NCBI GenBank assembly: GCA_031428795.1
Contig: JANOYI010000002.1
Location: 1 to 45,553 of the forward strand
DNA: 45,553 nt
Direction: 5' to 3'
Origin: Ilumatobacteraceae bacterium
Lineage (GTDB): Bacteria > Actinomycetota > Acidimicrobiia > Acidimicrobiales > Ilumatobacteraceae
Numbering within the stretch: the first letter of the stretch is position 1; each line of letters starts with the position of its first letter. The position numbers were made by a program, and so were the translations under genes. The notes beneath the pieces were generated by a model that saw only the letters and a program-made list of their open reading frames with translations, had not been told where the DNA came from and did not search any database. Below, piece after piece: positions 35,048 to 44,719 of the stretch.

Positions 35048-36060
35048 GGGTGGTTCCCCTTTTTTGCGGATCTGTTGGTGGATGATGCGGAGCTGGTTTC
35101 CCGGGTGGACGCCCGAACGGTGAGGGTCACCGGCAGGGTGATCTCCTTCCGCTCTGTGGAGCCGGCGAGCAGCTCCGCGATGAGATCGAAGGCGGCGTCG
35201 CCGAGTTGCTGCACCGGTGCGGCAACGGTGGTCAGTGGCGGGTCGCTCATCGCCGCGGCGGCGATGTCGTCGGAGCCGACGACCGACAGGTCCCGAGGCA
35301 CCGATCTGCCTGCAGCGCGGTAGCCGGCCACGATTCCCAGCGCCTGCACATCATTGAAGGCGAGCACGCCTGTCACGCCCAACGCCATCAAGTTGTTGGC
35401 CAACGCTATTCCGGCCTCAAAGGTGGGTCGAACCGGGCCGAGCGAGAGGAGGTCGGGCAGCCTGCGGCTCACCCGATCGCGCTCGCGGCCGGACCAATAC
35501 GCGACCGGCCCACGGACCACGGCGATCGAGCGATGGCCCGCAGCGCGGAGGTGGGTGACACCCAACTCGATGATCGCCTCCTGGTCAAGCGCCACCGATG
35601 CGACACCCTTCGCACGGCGGTTCACGAAGACGAGCGGTGCGTCCCCGATGACCTGCAGCCACTTGTCGGCTGCTGCGACGGGGCTGCACACCACGAAACC
35701 GTCGACACTGCCGACCAGCGCTCGCGCTTCCAACAGCTCATCGGCTTCGCGCTGTTCGGTGTCGGCCAGCAGCATGGTTAGCCCGTTGCGCCGGCAGCCT
35801 TGCTGAACCGAGCGGACAACCTGTGCAAAGAACGGGTTGGTGATATCGGGAACCAACACGCCGATGGTGCCGGTGCGCCCGCCAGCAAGTTGCCGTGCGG
35901 CGCGGTTGGGTGTGTAGCCGAGCTTGTCGATGGCGGCGTGCACCGCGGTTCGTGTCGGCTCGCCGATGAGCTGCGGACGGCTGAGCACTCGTGACACGGT
36001 GCTGGGGTGTACGCCGGCTTCGACGGCGACGTCGGCGAGTGTGACCGCCTGACTCGACAC
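35044..36060 (-). CDS. LacI family transcriptional regulator
   Basis: The HTH is VTLADVAVEAGVHPSTVSRVLS ... YTPNRAARQLA, followed by a periplasmic-binding-protein-like effector domain. GTG 36060 has GGGAG 6 nt upstream. Its stop overlaps the next gene's ATG (ATGA). Confidence 0.85.
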   Translation of the reverse strand: MSSQAVTLADVAVEAGVHPSTVSRVLSRPQLIGEPTRTAVHAAIDKLGYTPNRAARQLAGGRTGTIGVLVPDITNPFFAQVVRSVQQGCRRNGLTMLLADTEQREADELLEARALVGSVDGFVVCSPVAAADKWLQVIGDAPLVFVNRRAKGVASVALDQEAIIELGVTHLRAAGHRSIAVVRGPVAYWSGRERDRVSRRLPDLLSLGPVRPTFEAGIALANNLMALGVTGVLAFNDVQALGIVAGYRAAGRSVPRDLSVVGSDDIAAAAMSDPPLTTVAAPVQQLGDAAFDLIAELLAGSTERKEITLPVTLTVRASTRETSSASSTNRSAKKGNHP

Positions 36061-36133
36061 GTGAGCTCCCACCCGTCTCGGGGATGGACAATGGACGAGA
36101 CGGCGGCGTGAGCATAGAGTGCGGCAGTCCAAC

Positions 36134-36149
36134 GTGCAAGCGCTTGCAC
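36134..36149. promoter_or_regulatory. LacI-family operator palindrome
   Basis: GTGCAAGCGCTTGCAC is a perfect 16-bp palindrome matching the TGnAAnCGnTTnCA LacI-family operator consensus. It lies in the divergent intergenic region between the lacI-type gene and the DUF993-like gene. Confidence 0.7.
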
Positions 36150-36194
36150 TGCGGCTGAAGGGAAGCCGTGAAACAGCAGTCGACCGAAGGAGTG

Positions 36195-37124
36195 ATGCCT
36201 GCCATTCGTCCGCGTCGCGCGATCACGGGTATGTCGGCGATCCTGCTGCCGTTCCTTGCCGACGGCGGCGTCGACTGGTCCGCCTTCGAGGCACATGTCG
36301 TGCGCACCAGCAGGGCCGGGTTGACGCCAGCTGTGAACATGGACACCGGTTATGTGCAGTTGCTCGACAGCGCAACCATCACCCAGGTGCTCGACCGCAC
36401 GGCTGCTCTCACCGGCGGTCGATTCGTCGCCGGCGCCTACGTGGCCGACTTGCCGGGCGACCGCCATGACGAAGTCGCCCTGCTGCGCGAAGCGCACGCG
36501 ATCAGTGAGCGCGGCGGCACGCCGGTGATCTTCCCCTCTCACGGCCTGGGGGCCCTGAGCGAGGCGCAATGGGTCGCCGCTCATGCGAAGGTCGGCAGCG
36601 AGATCGGGGAGTTCATCGGGTTCGAGCTCGGCACGATGTTCGTGCCCTACGGGCGTATCGTCAGCCTCGACACGTATCGGACGCTGATGGAGATTCCCGA
36701 GTGCATCGGCGCAAAGCACTCGTCGCTGTCTCGTCAACTGGAGTGGGATCGTCTGCTCTTGCGCGATCGGCTGCGTCCCGACTTCATGGTGCTCACCGGC
36801 AACGATCTCGCGATCGACATGGTGATGTGGGGCAGCGACTATCTCCTCGGCCTATCCACGTTTGCTCCGGCAGAGTTCGCGTTGCGCGATCGGCTCTGGC
36901 TCGTCGGTGATCCGGCATTCCACGAGCTCAACGACCTGCTGCAGTACCTCGGCCAGTTCACCTTCCGCCCGCCCGTGCCGGGCTATCGCCATGATGCGGC
37001 GCTGTGGTTCCAGCAACGAGGCTGGGCTGCGAGCGACGTCACACCGCCGGGCGCTGCTCGCCGACCCGACAGCGACCGCGACGTGCTGGCCGACATCGTT
37101 CGGCGGTTGGAGGTATGGGCATGA
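36195..37124 (+). CDS. DUF993 / dihydrodipicolinate-synthase-like TIM-barrel protein
   Basis: SAILLPFLADGGVDWSAFEAHVVRTSRAGLTPAVNMDTGYVQLL matches what I recall of DUF993 proteins. The start is probably the ATG at 36195, after GAAGGAG. Confidence 0.55.
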   Translation: MPAIRPRRAITGMSAILLPFLADGGVDWSAFEAHVVRTSRAGLTPAVNMDTGYVQLLDSATITQVLDRTAALTGGRFVAGAYVADLPGDRHDEVALLREAHAISERGGTPVIFPSHGLGALSEAQWVAAHAKVGSEIGEFIGFELGTMFVPYGRIVSLDTYRTLMEIPECIGAKHSSLSRQLEWDRLLLRDRLRPDFMVLTGNDLAIDMVMWGSDYLLGLSTFAPAEFALRDRLWLVGDPAFHELNDLLQYLGQFTFRPPVPGYRHDAALWFQQRGWAASDVTPPGAARRPDSDRDVLADIVRRLEVWA

Positions 37125-38542
37125 TTCCCCAGGTTCGCAAGTTGGCCACCTATGAATCGTTCACCGCGCACCTGCGTTCGCTCGGACTCGATCTGTCCGT
37201 CGACGCAATCGTCGAACCAGGAGGTGCGCTCGCGCAGCCGCTTTTGATCCGCGACGGTTCGGCAGGCGAGCTGCGCGTGACGAATCGCCTTGCGATCCTG
37301 CCAATGGAAGGGTGGGATGGCACGCAGGATGGCCGGGCAACGGAGCTGGTCGAGCGCCGTTGGCGGCGCTTCGCTGAAGGTGGCGCTGGGCTGGTGTGGG
37401 CCGAAGCCACCGCGGTGTGTCATGAGGGTCGGGCGAACCCGCACCAGTTGCTCATCAACCACGAAACGGTGGGGCAGTTGGCGAACCTGCGCGGCCTGTT
37501 CCGCAACGACCAGGTGGTGGGGCTGCAGCTCACGCACTCAGGTCGCTATTCGCGCCCAGATGGTGCGCCGGCACCGCTCACCGCGTATCGCCACCCGCTG
37601 CTCGACGCACCGAGCGGTGCGAGCGACGCGTCGGTGCTGACGGATGGTGAGCTCGACGACATCGTGGCGCTATTCGTCGATCGCGCGGTCCTCGCGCGCG
37701 AGGCTGGCTTTGACTTTGTCGACATCAAGGCGTGTCACGGCTATCTCGGACACGAGCTGTTGTCGGCGGTCGATCGCCCAGGTCGATATGGCGGCAGTTT
37801 CGCCAACCGTTCCAGCTTCATGCGCAGCATCATCGAGGGAGTTCGTTCCGCGGCGTCCGACCTCGTGATCGGCGTGCGGCTCTCGGTGTTCGACTCTGTG
37901 CCTTACGTTCCTGGCGACGATGGTCGAGGCGTGCCAGTGACCGACGAGCCATACCGTTTCGCGTTTGGTGCAGACTCGTACGGGCGGGGCATCGATCTCC
38001 GTGAACCGCACGCGCTCGTCGACATGCTGCGCTCGCTCGGCGTTGGCCTGCTGTGCACCACCGCGGGCAGCCCCTATTACTGCCCGCATGTGCAACGACC
38101 GGCGTACTTTCCTCCGTCCGACGGCTATTTGCCCCCGGAGGATCCGCTCGTCGGCGTCGCCCGCCAAGTCGCGGCCACCGCAGCGCTGGCCCGCTCCACC
38201 CCCGAGATGGTGGTCGTCGGTTCCGGGTATTCCTATTTGCAGGAGTGGGTACCGCACGTCGCTCAGGCGGTGGTCGCCACCGGCCAGGCATCGATGATCG
38301 GGCTCGGGCGGATGGCGTTGTCCTATCCCGACCTGCCCAGTGACGTGCTCGCCGGTCGCCCGATTCGCCGAGGGATGCTGTGCCGCACGTTCAGCGATTG
38401 CACCACAGCGCCCCGCGCCGGTCTGGTCTCTGGCTGCTACCCGCTTGACCCGTTCTACAAGAACCGTCCCGAACGTGTGGAACTGGCGGCGGTGAAGCGG
38501 CACACCAAAAGGTTTGGAACGATTGCCGAACCGCGAGTGTGA
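37121..38542 (+). CDS. NADH:flavin oxidoreductase, Old Yellow Enzyme family
   Basis: The ATG at 37121 has GGAGG 7 nt upstream and an ATGA overlap with the previous stop. Motifs include NRLAILPMEG, GAGLVWAEATAV, QLTHSGRY and FVDIKACHGYLGHELLS. Confidence 0.75.
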   Translation: MIPQVRKLATYESFTAHLRSLGLDLSVDAIVEPGGALAQPLLIRDGSAGELRVTNRLAILPMEGWDGTQDGRATELVERRWRRFAEGGAGLVWAEATAVCHEGRANPHQLLINHETVGQLANLRGLFRNDQVVGLQLTHSGRYSRPDGAPAPLTAYRHPLLDAPSGASDASVLTDGELDDIVALFVDRAVLAREAGFDFVDIKACHGYLGHELLSAVDRPGRYGGSFANRSSFMRSIIEGVRSAASDLVIGVRLSVFDSVPYVPGDDGRGVPVTDEPYRFAFGADSYGRGIDLREPHALVDMLRSLGVGLLCTTAGSPYYCPHVQRPAYFPPSDGYLPPEDPLVGVARQVAATAALARSTPEMVVVGSGYSYLQEWVPHVAQAVVATGQASMIGLGRMALSYPDLPSDVLAGRPIRRGMLCRTFSDCTTAPRAGLVSGCYPLDPFYKNRPERVELAAVKRHTKRFGTIAEPRV

Positions 38543-38549
38543 GGACGCC

Positions 38550-38735
38550 CTAGCCCAGCCCGGCTTGGCCGAGGATCTGTTCGCGTAGTGCAGCGAATTG
38601 GGCGTCGTCGATGATGCCCGACGCGTGCAGTTCGGCTAGCTTCTCCAGCCGCTCGACCGGGTCGTCGCCGGAATCTGAAGCGCTGACCACGAACTGAGGT
38701 TGTAGCGCGCCTGCCGACGGCATGGTCGTGCCCAT
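38550..38735 (-). CDS. SHOCT-domain small protein
   Basis: The C-terminus reads VERLEKLAELHASGIIDDAQFAALREQIL, the short C-terminal oligomerisation motif pattern. Confidence 0.6.
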   Translation of the reverse strand: MGTTMPSAGALQPQFVVSASDSGDDPVERLEKLAELHASGIIDDAQFAALREQILGQAGLG

Positions 38736-38845
38736 CGGGCGCGCAGGTTGGTACTGGTGGCCGAATCTGGCACGTGGTTCACCGACACCTCAGCCGCCTC
38801 GTCAGGACCTTCAAATGGCGAAGAGTTGGCGGAGCCGACCCACAG

Positions 38846-40522
38846 TCAGAGCAGGCGGACGGTGCCTTGCCGGGGGTCGACCTCGACCTCGGCGCCGTGG
38901 GGGATGCGGGTTGTTGCACCGTGGGCGCCGATGATTGCTGCAACACCGAACTCACGGGCCACGATCGCGGCGTGGCACAGCGCGCCGCCTTCCTCGACGA
39001 CGAGGGCGCCAACCACGGGCAGCAACGAGTTCACCGACGGTCCGGTGAACGGCGCGATCAGAACGTCGCCCGGCTCGAGTTGATCAAAGGCGAGCATCAG
39101 GTCGCGCACCACGCACGCCCGTCCGCGGTACGGGGTGTTGCCGATGCCGATACCGCACACTGTGGATGAGCCGTCGTTGGCGGGTGGAGCGGTTCCGTCA
39201 GCGGAGAGGTTGGCCATGATCGCTGCGGTAGCGCGAGCCATTGCCTTCGGGAACACATCGAATGACGGAGCAGCCTCAGGCTCGCCGAGCTGACGCGGCG
39301 GAGGTGTGGCCTCGATGCGGTCGCGCTCGGCCGCACGCTCGACGAGTTCGTCGGCGGACGGTCCGGCAGCGCCACGCAGCAGCCCGTCGAGTTCGTGCGG
39401 GAACAGCTCGACGATGTGCGCAACCTCCTGTAGCCCTCCGGCTTCCTGCAGGCGCCGGCCGGCCTCCAAGAGGGCTCGTCGCACCAGACCGCCCGGCCAG
39501 TTCCAACACAGGCCACGAATGTCCTCACGCTGGCGATGTCCATAGCGAGCTTCGACCAACAACTCGTCGAACAGCGTGCGGTGCTCAGCAGGGACACGGG
39601 CGCGAACTGCGGCGTCGTCGGGTGCGGCTACGTTCAGGTGATCGGCCGCGCTGAGTAGCGCTGCCAGCTGCAACACCGGAAGTTCCGCAAGCGTGGGTCG
39701 GTCGACGTCGTCGCTGGTCACCGTGCGCCACATGTGCAGCTCCAGCCACGCGTCGACCGCCGCAGCGATGTCGGGGCCGAGTGCTCGCACGTCGTCGACC
39801 GAACGGAACGCGGCCATCGGCACCCCGCTCTGCTGGATGGCGCGGGCAACCGGGCTCAACATCGCGGCCGTCTCCACCGTTGCGGGCGAGCTGCCGGTGA
39901 GAAGGCCACCGACCTCGTTGGCGCTGATTCCCCACCGCTCGCAGTGCGCCAGCAGATCACCGGTGGGTATCAGGTCGCCGCCATGTGTTGCCAGGTTCCG
40001 TTGTGCGGAGCTTTGAAAATGCGACAGCACACTTGCGATGTGTGCTGCCAGTTCGACATCGGTGAGTGGGCCGGGATCGACGGCCTGGAGCGCACGGTTG
40101 TTCACAAGCTGCACGGCACGGTCGCTGTCGAACCACTGGTCGACCTCCTGGCGCCAACGCCGTTGAGTGAAGGCCTGCTCGGCGGTCTTGTTGCGGCGAC
40201 GCAGCTCGGGGTGCACGCGGGTCAGCAGCTTCATCACGAATGCAGGAGGCGGTGCCTTGGGTTTGGAACCAGGCTTCTCGCCGATTGCGAGCGGTCGGAT
40301 GTACATGCAACCATGGACCAACTTGGCTTGCACGGTGGCGAGGGGCAGGCCATAGCGCTGCATTGGCTCGATGATTCCGCCTTCGAACGCTCGCTGGTAG
40401 GCGTCGCGCAAGAAGGGCGTGAGCGGCCGCAGCCCATGATGGGTGGTCTCCAGCTCCCACTGGCCGGGTGCTGGCGGCTCGAACGTCGCGGCAGGTGCGG
40501 TGTGGGTGGTTTGGTCAGTCAT
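38846..40522 (-). CDS. PEP-utilising-enzyme mobile (swivel) domain protein
   Basis: The C-terminus GRACVVRDLMLAFDQLEPGDVLIAPFTGPSVNSLLPVVGALVVEEGGALCHAAIVAREFGVAAI is the phosphohistidine swivel domain. The ATG at 40522 has GAGGGGA 5 nt upstream. Confidence 0.7.
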   Translation of the reverse strand: MTDQTTHTAPAATFEPPAPGQWELETTHHGLRPLTPFLRDAYQRAFEGGIIEPMQRYGLPLATVQAKLVHGCMYIRPLAIGEKPGSKPKAPPPAFVMKLLTRVHPELRRRNKTAEQAFTQRRWRQEVDQWFDSDRAVQLVNNRALQAVDPGPLTDVELAAHIASVLSHFQSSAQRNLATHGGDLIPTGDLLAHCERWGISANEVGGLLTGSSPATVETAAMLSPVARAIQQSGVPMAAFRSVDDVRALGPDIAAAVDAWLELHMWRTVTSDDVDRPTLAELPVLQLAALLSAADHLNVAAPDDAAVRARVPAEHRTLFDELLVEARYGHRQREDIRGLCWNWPGGLVRRALLEAGRRLQEAGGLQEVAHIVELFPHELDGLLRGAAGPSADELVERAAERDRIEATPPPRQLGEPEAAPSFDVFPKAMARATAAIMANLSADGTAPPANDGSSTVCGIGIGNTPYRGRACVVRDLMLAFDQLEPGDVLIAPFTGPSVNSLLPVVGALVVEEGGALCHAAIVAREFGVAAIIGAHGATTRIPHGAEVEVDPRQGTVRLL

Positions 40523-40610
40523 CGTGTCCCCTCGTCTAGCCTTCGACTTAATCATGTCTGTCAACTGTCGTCAATACATATTCTTGTCATGACGACTGAT
40601 CTCTGCCAAG

Positions 40611-41270
40611 ATGTTGATGGCCACAACGATGATGAAGGGACCGATGAGCGAAGCACCGAAGCGATCCACGAGCAAGCCGTATACGTCAGCGTTGCGCGAC
40701 CGTCAGACGGCGCAAACTCGAGAACTGATTCTCGACGCGGTGATCGCTCTGCTGGGTGATCGCCGCGCCGACGAGGTGGCCACCCGCGATATCGCCGCGG
40801 CAGCAGGGGTTTCTGAGCGCACCGTGTATCGCCACTTTCCGGATCGAGAGTCACTCCTTCACGGTTTGTCGCAGCGTCTCCACCTCGGCGGCGTCAAACC
40901 CTCATTTGGAATAGGTGGCGTCGACGACATCGCGCCAACCAGCCGTCGCCTGATGGAGTTGCTCGACGAGAACTATGTGACCGCCCAAGCCGAGGCGGTA
41001 TTCAACGCAGACCCGCGCCGTTTCGCCGCCGACACGCAAGCCAACTCACGCGAGATGCGCGACACGATTGCCAGAGACTTCCCCGAGCTGGGCGAGCGAG
41101 AGCAGCTTCGTATCGCCGCAGTGATCCGTTGCTTGGTGTCGACGCAGGCGTGGCTACGGATGCGAGAAGAGTTCGGTGTGCATGGCAAGGAATCAGGGCC
41201 AGTGGTGGCATGGGTGATCGAAACCATCATCCGCGAACTTCGCGCCGGAAACGGTCCGAGTACCGCCTGA
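40611..41270 (+). CDS. TetR family transcriptional regulator
   Basis: The HTH is TRELILDAVIALLGDRRADEVATRDIAAAAGVSERTVYRHFPDRESLL. It is divergent from the PEP-utilising-enzyme gene across an AT-rich spacer that contains the inverted repeat TCGTCA-N16-TGACGA (40568-40595). Confidence 0.8.
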   Translation: MLMATTMMKGPMSEAPKRSTSKPYTSALRDRQTAQTRELILDAVIALLGDRRADEVATRDIAAAAGVSERTVYRHFPDRESLLHGLSQRLHLGGVKPSFGIGGVDDIAPTSRRLMELLDENYVTAQAEAVFNADPRRFAADTQANSREMRDTIARDFPELGEREQLRIAAVIRCLVSTQAWLRMREEFGVHGKESGPVVAWVIETIIRELRAGNGPSTA

Positions 41271-41365
41271 GCATTACGGCAAAGATGCTCTGGAGGTGGG
41301 TGGGGGTGACGTCCGCGACCGGACCGGCTCCTGCTCGGCCAGGGCGAGGTGTACTTGTTTTGGTC

Positions 41366-41420
41366 CAGCGACAACTTGTGTTGCGCTTCACGCTGCCAGG
41401 TGCAAGGAAAGTTGTCGCTG
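41366..41420. repeat. long inverted repeat / stem-loop between convergent genes
   Basis: CAGCGACAACTT (41366-41377) and AAGTTGTCGCTG (41409-41420) are perfect 12-nt complements. A further TTGC/GCAA pairing lies inside. No T-tract follows. Confidence 0.5.
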
Positions 41421-41547
41421 AGCTGAATCAAATACCAGACGGTCCGGCGGCCGCAGCGGCGAGGACCTGCACCGGCCCGGGGATCGTCCCTTCAAGAGCA
41501 TGCGCCGCCGCCTCGTGACAGAGGTCGGAGGTAGCTGGGTGTCGTGG

Positions 41548-42165
41548 CTACGGACGTGGGCCGACTTCGGTCCCCGTCATCCGAGTGCGCTTGAGTTCGT
41601 AGAACTCTGGTAGCTGGGCCAGGAAGACCACGCTGTCCCACAGCGCGAGGCTGTCTGCGGTGCTAGGGACCTTGGTGATCACCGGGCCGAAGATGCCGAC
41701 TTCGGTGCCGTCTGCGGAGAGGACGGAGATGATTGGCGTGCCAACCGATGCGCCAACAAGTGCGAGGCCTTCGTCGTGGCGCCGGCGAATCTCGGCGTCC
41801 CACGATTCGTCTTCCGCCGCTGCGGCGTGGGACGTGTCGAGACCGACGCTCTCCAGTGCCTCGGCGACCGCCCACTCACGCTGCTTGTCGTGGTGAATTC
41901 GACGGCCGTACTCGAGATAGAGGGCGCCAACAGCGGCGTTGCCGTCGGATGCACGAACCGACTCCAGAACGCGCAGTAAGCCGTAGCTCCACTTGACCGG
42001 TGGGTAGTACTGGCTGTCCTCCGCTGGGTTGTTCTTCAGCAGCAGGCTGATCGGTTCCCACTGGATATCGAGATCCCGTTCGGCCGCGACCTCCCGGATC
42101 CACAGCGAGGTGACCCAGCACCAGGGACAAATCGGGTCGAGCCAGAAGCGCACGGGGGTAGGCAT
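41548..42165 (-). CDS. DsbA-family thioredoxin-fold oxidoreductase
   Basis: The N-terminus reads VRFWLDPICPWCW, a CPWC active site. Confidence 0.7.
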   Translation of the reverse strand: MPTPVRFWLDPICPWCWVTSLWIREVAAERDLDIQWEPISLLLKNNPAEDSQYYPPVKWSYGLLRVLESVRASDGNAAVGALYLEYGRRIHHDKQREWAVAEALESVGLDTSHAAAAEDESWDAEIRRRHDEGLALVGASVGTPIISVLSADGTEVGIFGPVITKVPSTADSLALWDSVVFLAQLPEFYELKRTRMTGTEVGPRP

Positions 42166-42284
42166 GGCTGCAGTGTGCCAAGCAGGGCGTACGTGACCAA
42201 CTACTGCATCGGGTGTTCATGGTGACGCAGTGCACAGGCGTCTAGGCCGTGCGATCATGGCGACGACAGATTGGGTGGTGAGGG

Positions 42285-43205
42285 TTGGCGTATCGGGAGC
42301 CGGAGTACTTGCCGTGGGATGGACGGCGGGTGCCGATCACCTTTGTGGGCGGCTACCTGGGTGCTGGCAAGACGACTGTCATCAATGAGCTGTTGCTGGT
42401 TACCGACCGGCCGATTGCCGTACTCGTCAACGATGTCGGCGCGATCAATGTCGACGCCGCCCTCATCCGGCGGCGACACGGCGACACGATTGAGCTGACC
42501 AACGGCTGCATCTGTTGCTCGTCGATCGATGAGGCAGGGCAGGCATTCGATCGCATTCGCTCACGCGCGGTTCCTCCGGATCACGTGATCGTGGAGTTGA
42601 GTGGCGTCGCCGAACCGCAGCGGATGATGCCATGGGCGCAGTCGGCCGGTTTCATTTTGGACGGTTTGGTCGTTGTCGTCGCTGCCGATCAACTCGCAGA
42701 TGGCGCGTTGCCCGAGTGGGTGGCCCAGCATCTGGTCACGCAGGTTCGGGAGGCCGATCTGCTGCTGTTGACCAAGACAGACTTAGTTGGCGATGCTGGT
42801 GCACGACTTGCGCATGAGCGGCTCGCCGAACTGGCGCCGGACACCCCCGTGCTGGACGGCAGTCGGGGTGTGGTCGAGCCGGGAACGCTCGGCCGGTTCT
42901 TGTCGCTTGGCGGTCGCCGGCCAGGCGGTACGACAGCGCTTCCAGAATCGACCCTGTTCGATGCCCACCGAGTGCAGTCGGTCGCTGCGCCGCGTGGACT
43001 GACGGCGGCCGAGCTGCGCGTCTGGATCGAACAACTGCCTGGCCAGGTAGACGGCGTCATCGTCCGGGTGAAGGGCATCTTGCGCACTGCCGACGAGGGG
43101 CTGGTTCTCGTGCAGGTGGTGGGGCGTCGCTGCGAGGTCACCCCAGTCCTGCACTCGGAGTTGCAGTCGGAATCCGACCTCGTCGTCGTCACGCTCGCTG
43201 ACTGA
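42285..43205 (+). CDS. CobW/COG0523-family G3E GTPase metallochaperone
   Basis: Has the P-loop GGYLGAGKTT, then ELTNGCICCS (CxCC) and LLTKTDL. The start is uncertain (42285 or GTG 42330). Confidence 0.8.
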   Translation: MAYREPEYLPWDGRRVPITFVGGYLGAGKTTVINELLLVTDRPIAVLVNDVGAINVDAALIRRRHGDTIELTNGCICCSSIDEAGQAFDRIRSRAVPPDHVIVELSGVAEPQRMMPWAQSAGFILDGLVVVVAADQLADGALPEWVAQHLVTQVREADLLLLTKTDLVGDAGARLAHERLAELAPDTPVLDGSRGVVEPGTLGRFLSLGGRRPGGTTALPESTLFDAHRVQSVAAPRGLTAAELRVWIEQLPGQVDGVIVRVKGILRTADEGLVLVQVVGRRCEVTPVLHSELQSESDLVVVTLAD

Positions 43206-43236
43206 AGTCGCCTGCGCTGACGGTTACGGTTCGCGT

Positions 43237-43908
43237 ATGCCCCGCCTTCGCGAAGTCTCCAAGGATGATGCCCACCCGTTTGCCCAGGCGCTCTACAGGA
43301 TGCTGTTTGGTGACCGCGATCCGGTGGTCGAGCCGGGGACTGCCAGCGGCACGCCGGGCAACTGGTGGACCGTGTTTGCGCTGGTGCCTGATGCGTTCGA
43401 TCACACGACCGGTGGCTTCCAGTTCTATCGATCGGCCGATCGCAAGCTGTCCCCGAAGCTTCGCGAGCTGGGACAGATCCGGGCCGGTTGGTCGGTCGGC
43501 AGTCAGTTCGTGTTCAGCCAACACTGCAAGGCATGCCGCGACGTCGGCTTCACCGACGAACAGGTCGCTGCAATTCCGGCGTGGTCCGTTGCCGACTGTT
43601 GGTCGCCTGTTGAGCGCGCAGTCCTCGCCTATGCCGACTCCCTCGTACTGCAGCACGGTCGGGTTCCGGACGGAGTGTTCGACGCGCTGCGCGATCACCT
43701 CAGTGATGAGGAAATTCTGGAGTTCACGTACATCACCACGACGTACATGATGCACGCTGTAATGAGCCGTGCACTGCGCCTGGAGTTCGACGACAAGGAC
43801 GACCCGGTGGTCGAAGTCGCGGACCCATCCGGCCGAAAGGCTGGCCTCGACGTGATGGCTGTGGTGGATGGGTCGGTTGACGCCGCTGATGGTGAGGCGG
43901 CCGACTGA
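43237..43908 (+). CDS. carboxymuconolactone decarboxylase (AhpD-like) family protein
   Basis: FVFSQHCKACRDVGF carries a CxxC motif in an AhpD-like context. The overall length and helical character fit the CMD family. Confidence 0.6.
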   Translation: MPRLREVSKDDAHPFAQALYRMLFGDRDPVVEPGTASGTPGNWWTVFALVPDAFDHTTGGFQFYRSADRKLSPKLRELGQIRAGWSVGSQFVFSQHCKACRDVGFTDEQVAAIPAWSVADCWSPVERAVLAYADSLVLQHGRVPDGVFDALRDHLSDEEILEFTYITTTYMMHAVMSRALRLEFDDKDDPVVEVADPSGRKAGLDVMAVVDGSVDAADGEAAD

Positions 43909-44198
43909 TGGAGGTCGAGTTCAGTGGTGAGATCTTCAACTGGCGCGGCCCGTCGCCGTTCCACTTCATCGCCGTGCCCGCGACCGACGTTCAGATTCTC
44001 AAGAAGGAGTGGTCATTCGCTAGCTACGGCTGGGGCATGATCCCGGTGACCGCACACATAGGTGATACCGACTACGCGACCTCGCTGTTTCCCAAGAACG
44101 GCGGCTATCTGGTGCCGGTGAAGGACGCAGTGCGCGACGCAGAGGCAGTGGACGATGGCGATGTCGTCGACGTGCGCCTGACGATTCGGCTGTCCTAG
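43908..44198 (+). CDS. DUF1905 domain protein
   Basis: The pattern WRGPSPFHFIAVPA ... YGWGMIPVTAHIGDTDYATSLFPKNGGYLVPVK matches DUF1905. Its ATGA overlaps the upstream stop. Confidence 0.65.
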   Translation: MEVEFSGEIFNWRGPSPFHFIAVPATDVQILKKEWSFASYGWGMIPVTAHIGDTDYATSLFPKNGGYLVPVKDAVRDAEAVDDGDVVDVRLTIRLS

Positions 44199-44719
44199 TC
44201 GCGCAGCGTGTAGCGGATCGGCAGTGTCTTGTTGCCGCCGACGAACGTCGTTTTCATTGTCGTCGGCACGCCATCCAGTTCGAGGCGCTCTAGCCGTGGC
44301 ACCACCGCTGGTTGTCGATGAACAGCCCGGTCGGCTCAGTAGCCGTCGTGTCAGTCATCGCGTCCCCCTGGTCGTCGCAGAATCTTGCCAGTTCAGCGGC
44401 GGGGTTCGCTTGTTGGGTCTTGTCTCGCTTCGGCGGCGCTTTCAAACCATGCTCTTGAAGTGGTTGGCGGTCGGCGTTGCCGCGGGCTGGGACCCGGTGC
44501 CGCCAGGCCCAGGTCCACCGCGTCTGAGCACTTCCGCTCGCCAGGCGGAACTGCACGAACGCAGATGAGCTCTGGGCAAGTCGCTGAGCTTGCCTGCGAT
44601 TTCGGCCACTCGGAGCGCATCTATCGTGGCGATTCCTCGGCCTGGATTATCGCTGGAAGCTATACGAAATATAGGAAGCATGGTTGGAATCATGAACGAA
44701 CACATGTACTATAGTGTGT

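Noticed and set aside
35778-36737. 319-aa minus-strand ORF spanning the LacI/DUF993 divergent region
   Set aside because: It crosses the intergenic operator region and runs antisense to the DUF993-like gene. The composition is not protein-like.
39734-40759. 341-aa + strand ORF
   Set aside because: It is antisense to the PEP-utilising-enzyme gene and reads through the AT-rich divergent promoter into the TetR gene in the wrong frame.
42166-42284. Possible Zur box upstream of the CobW/COG0523 gene
   Set aside because: COG0523 genes are often Zur-regulated. However, I see no AT-rich TGAAAATGATTTTCA-like palindrome in this GC-rich spacer, so no site was called.
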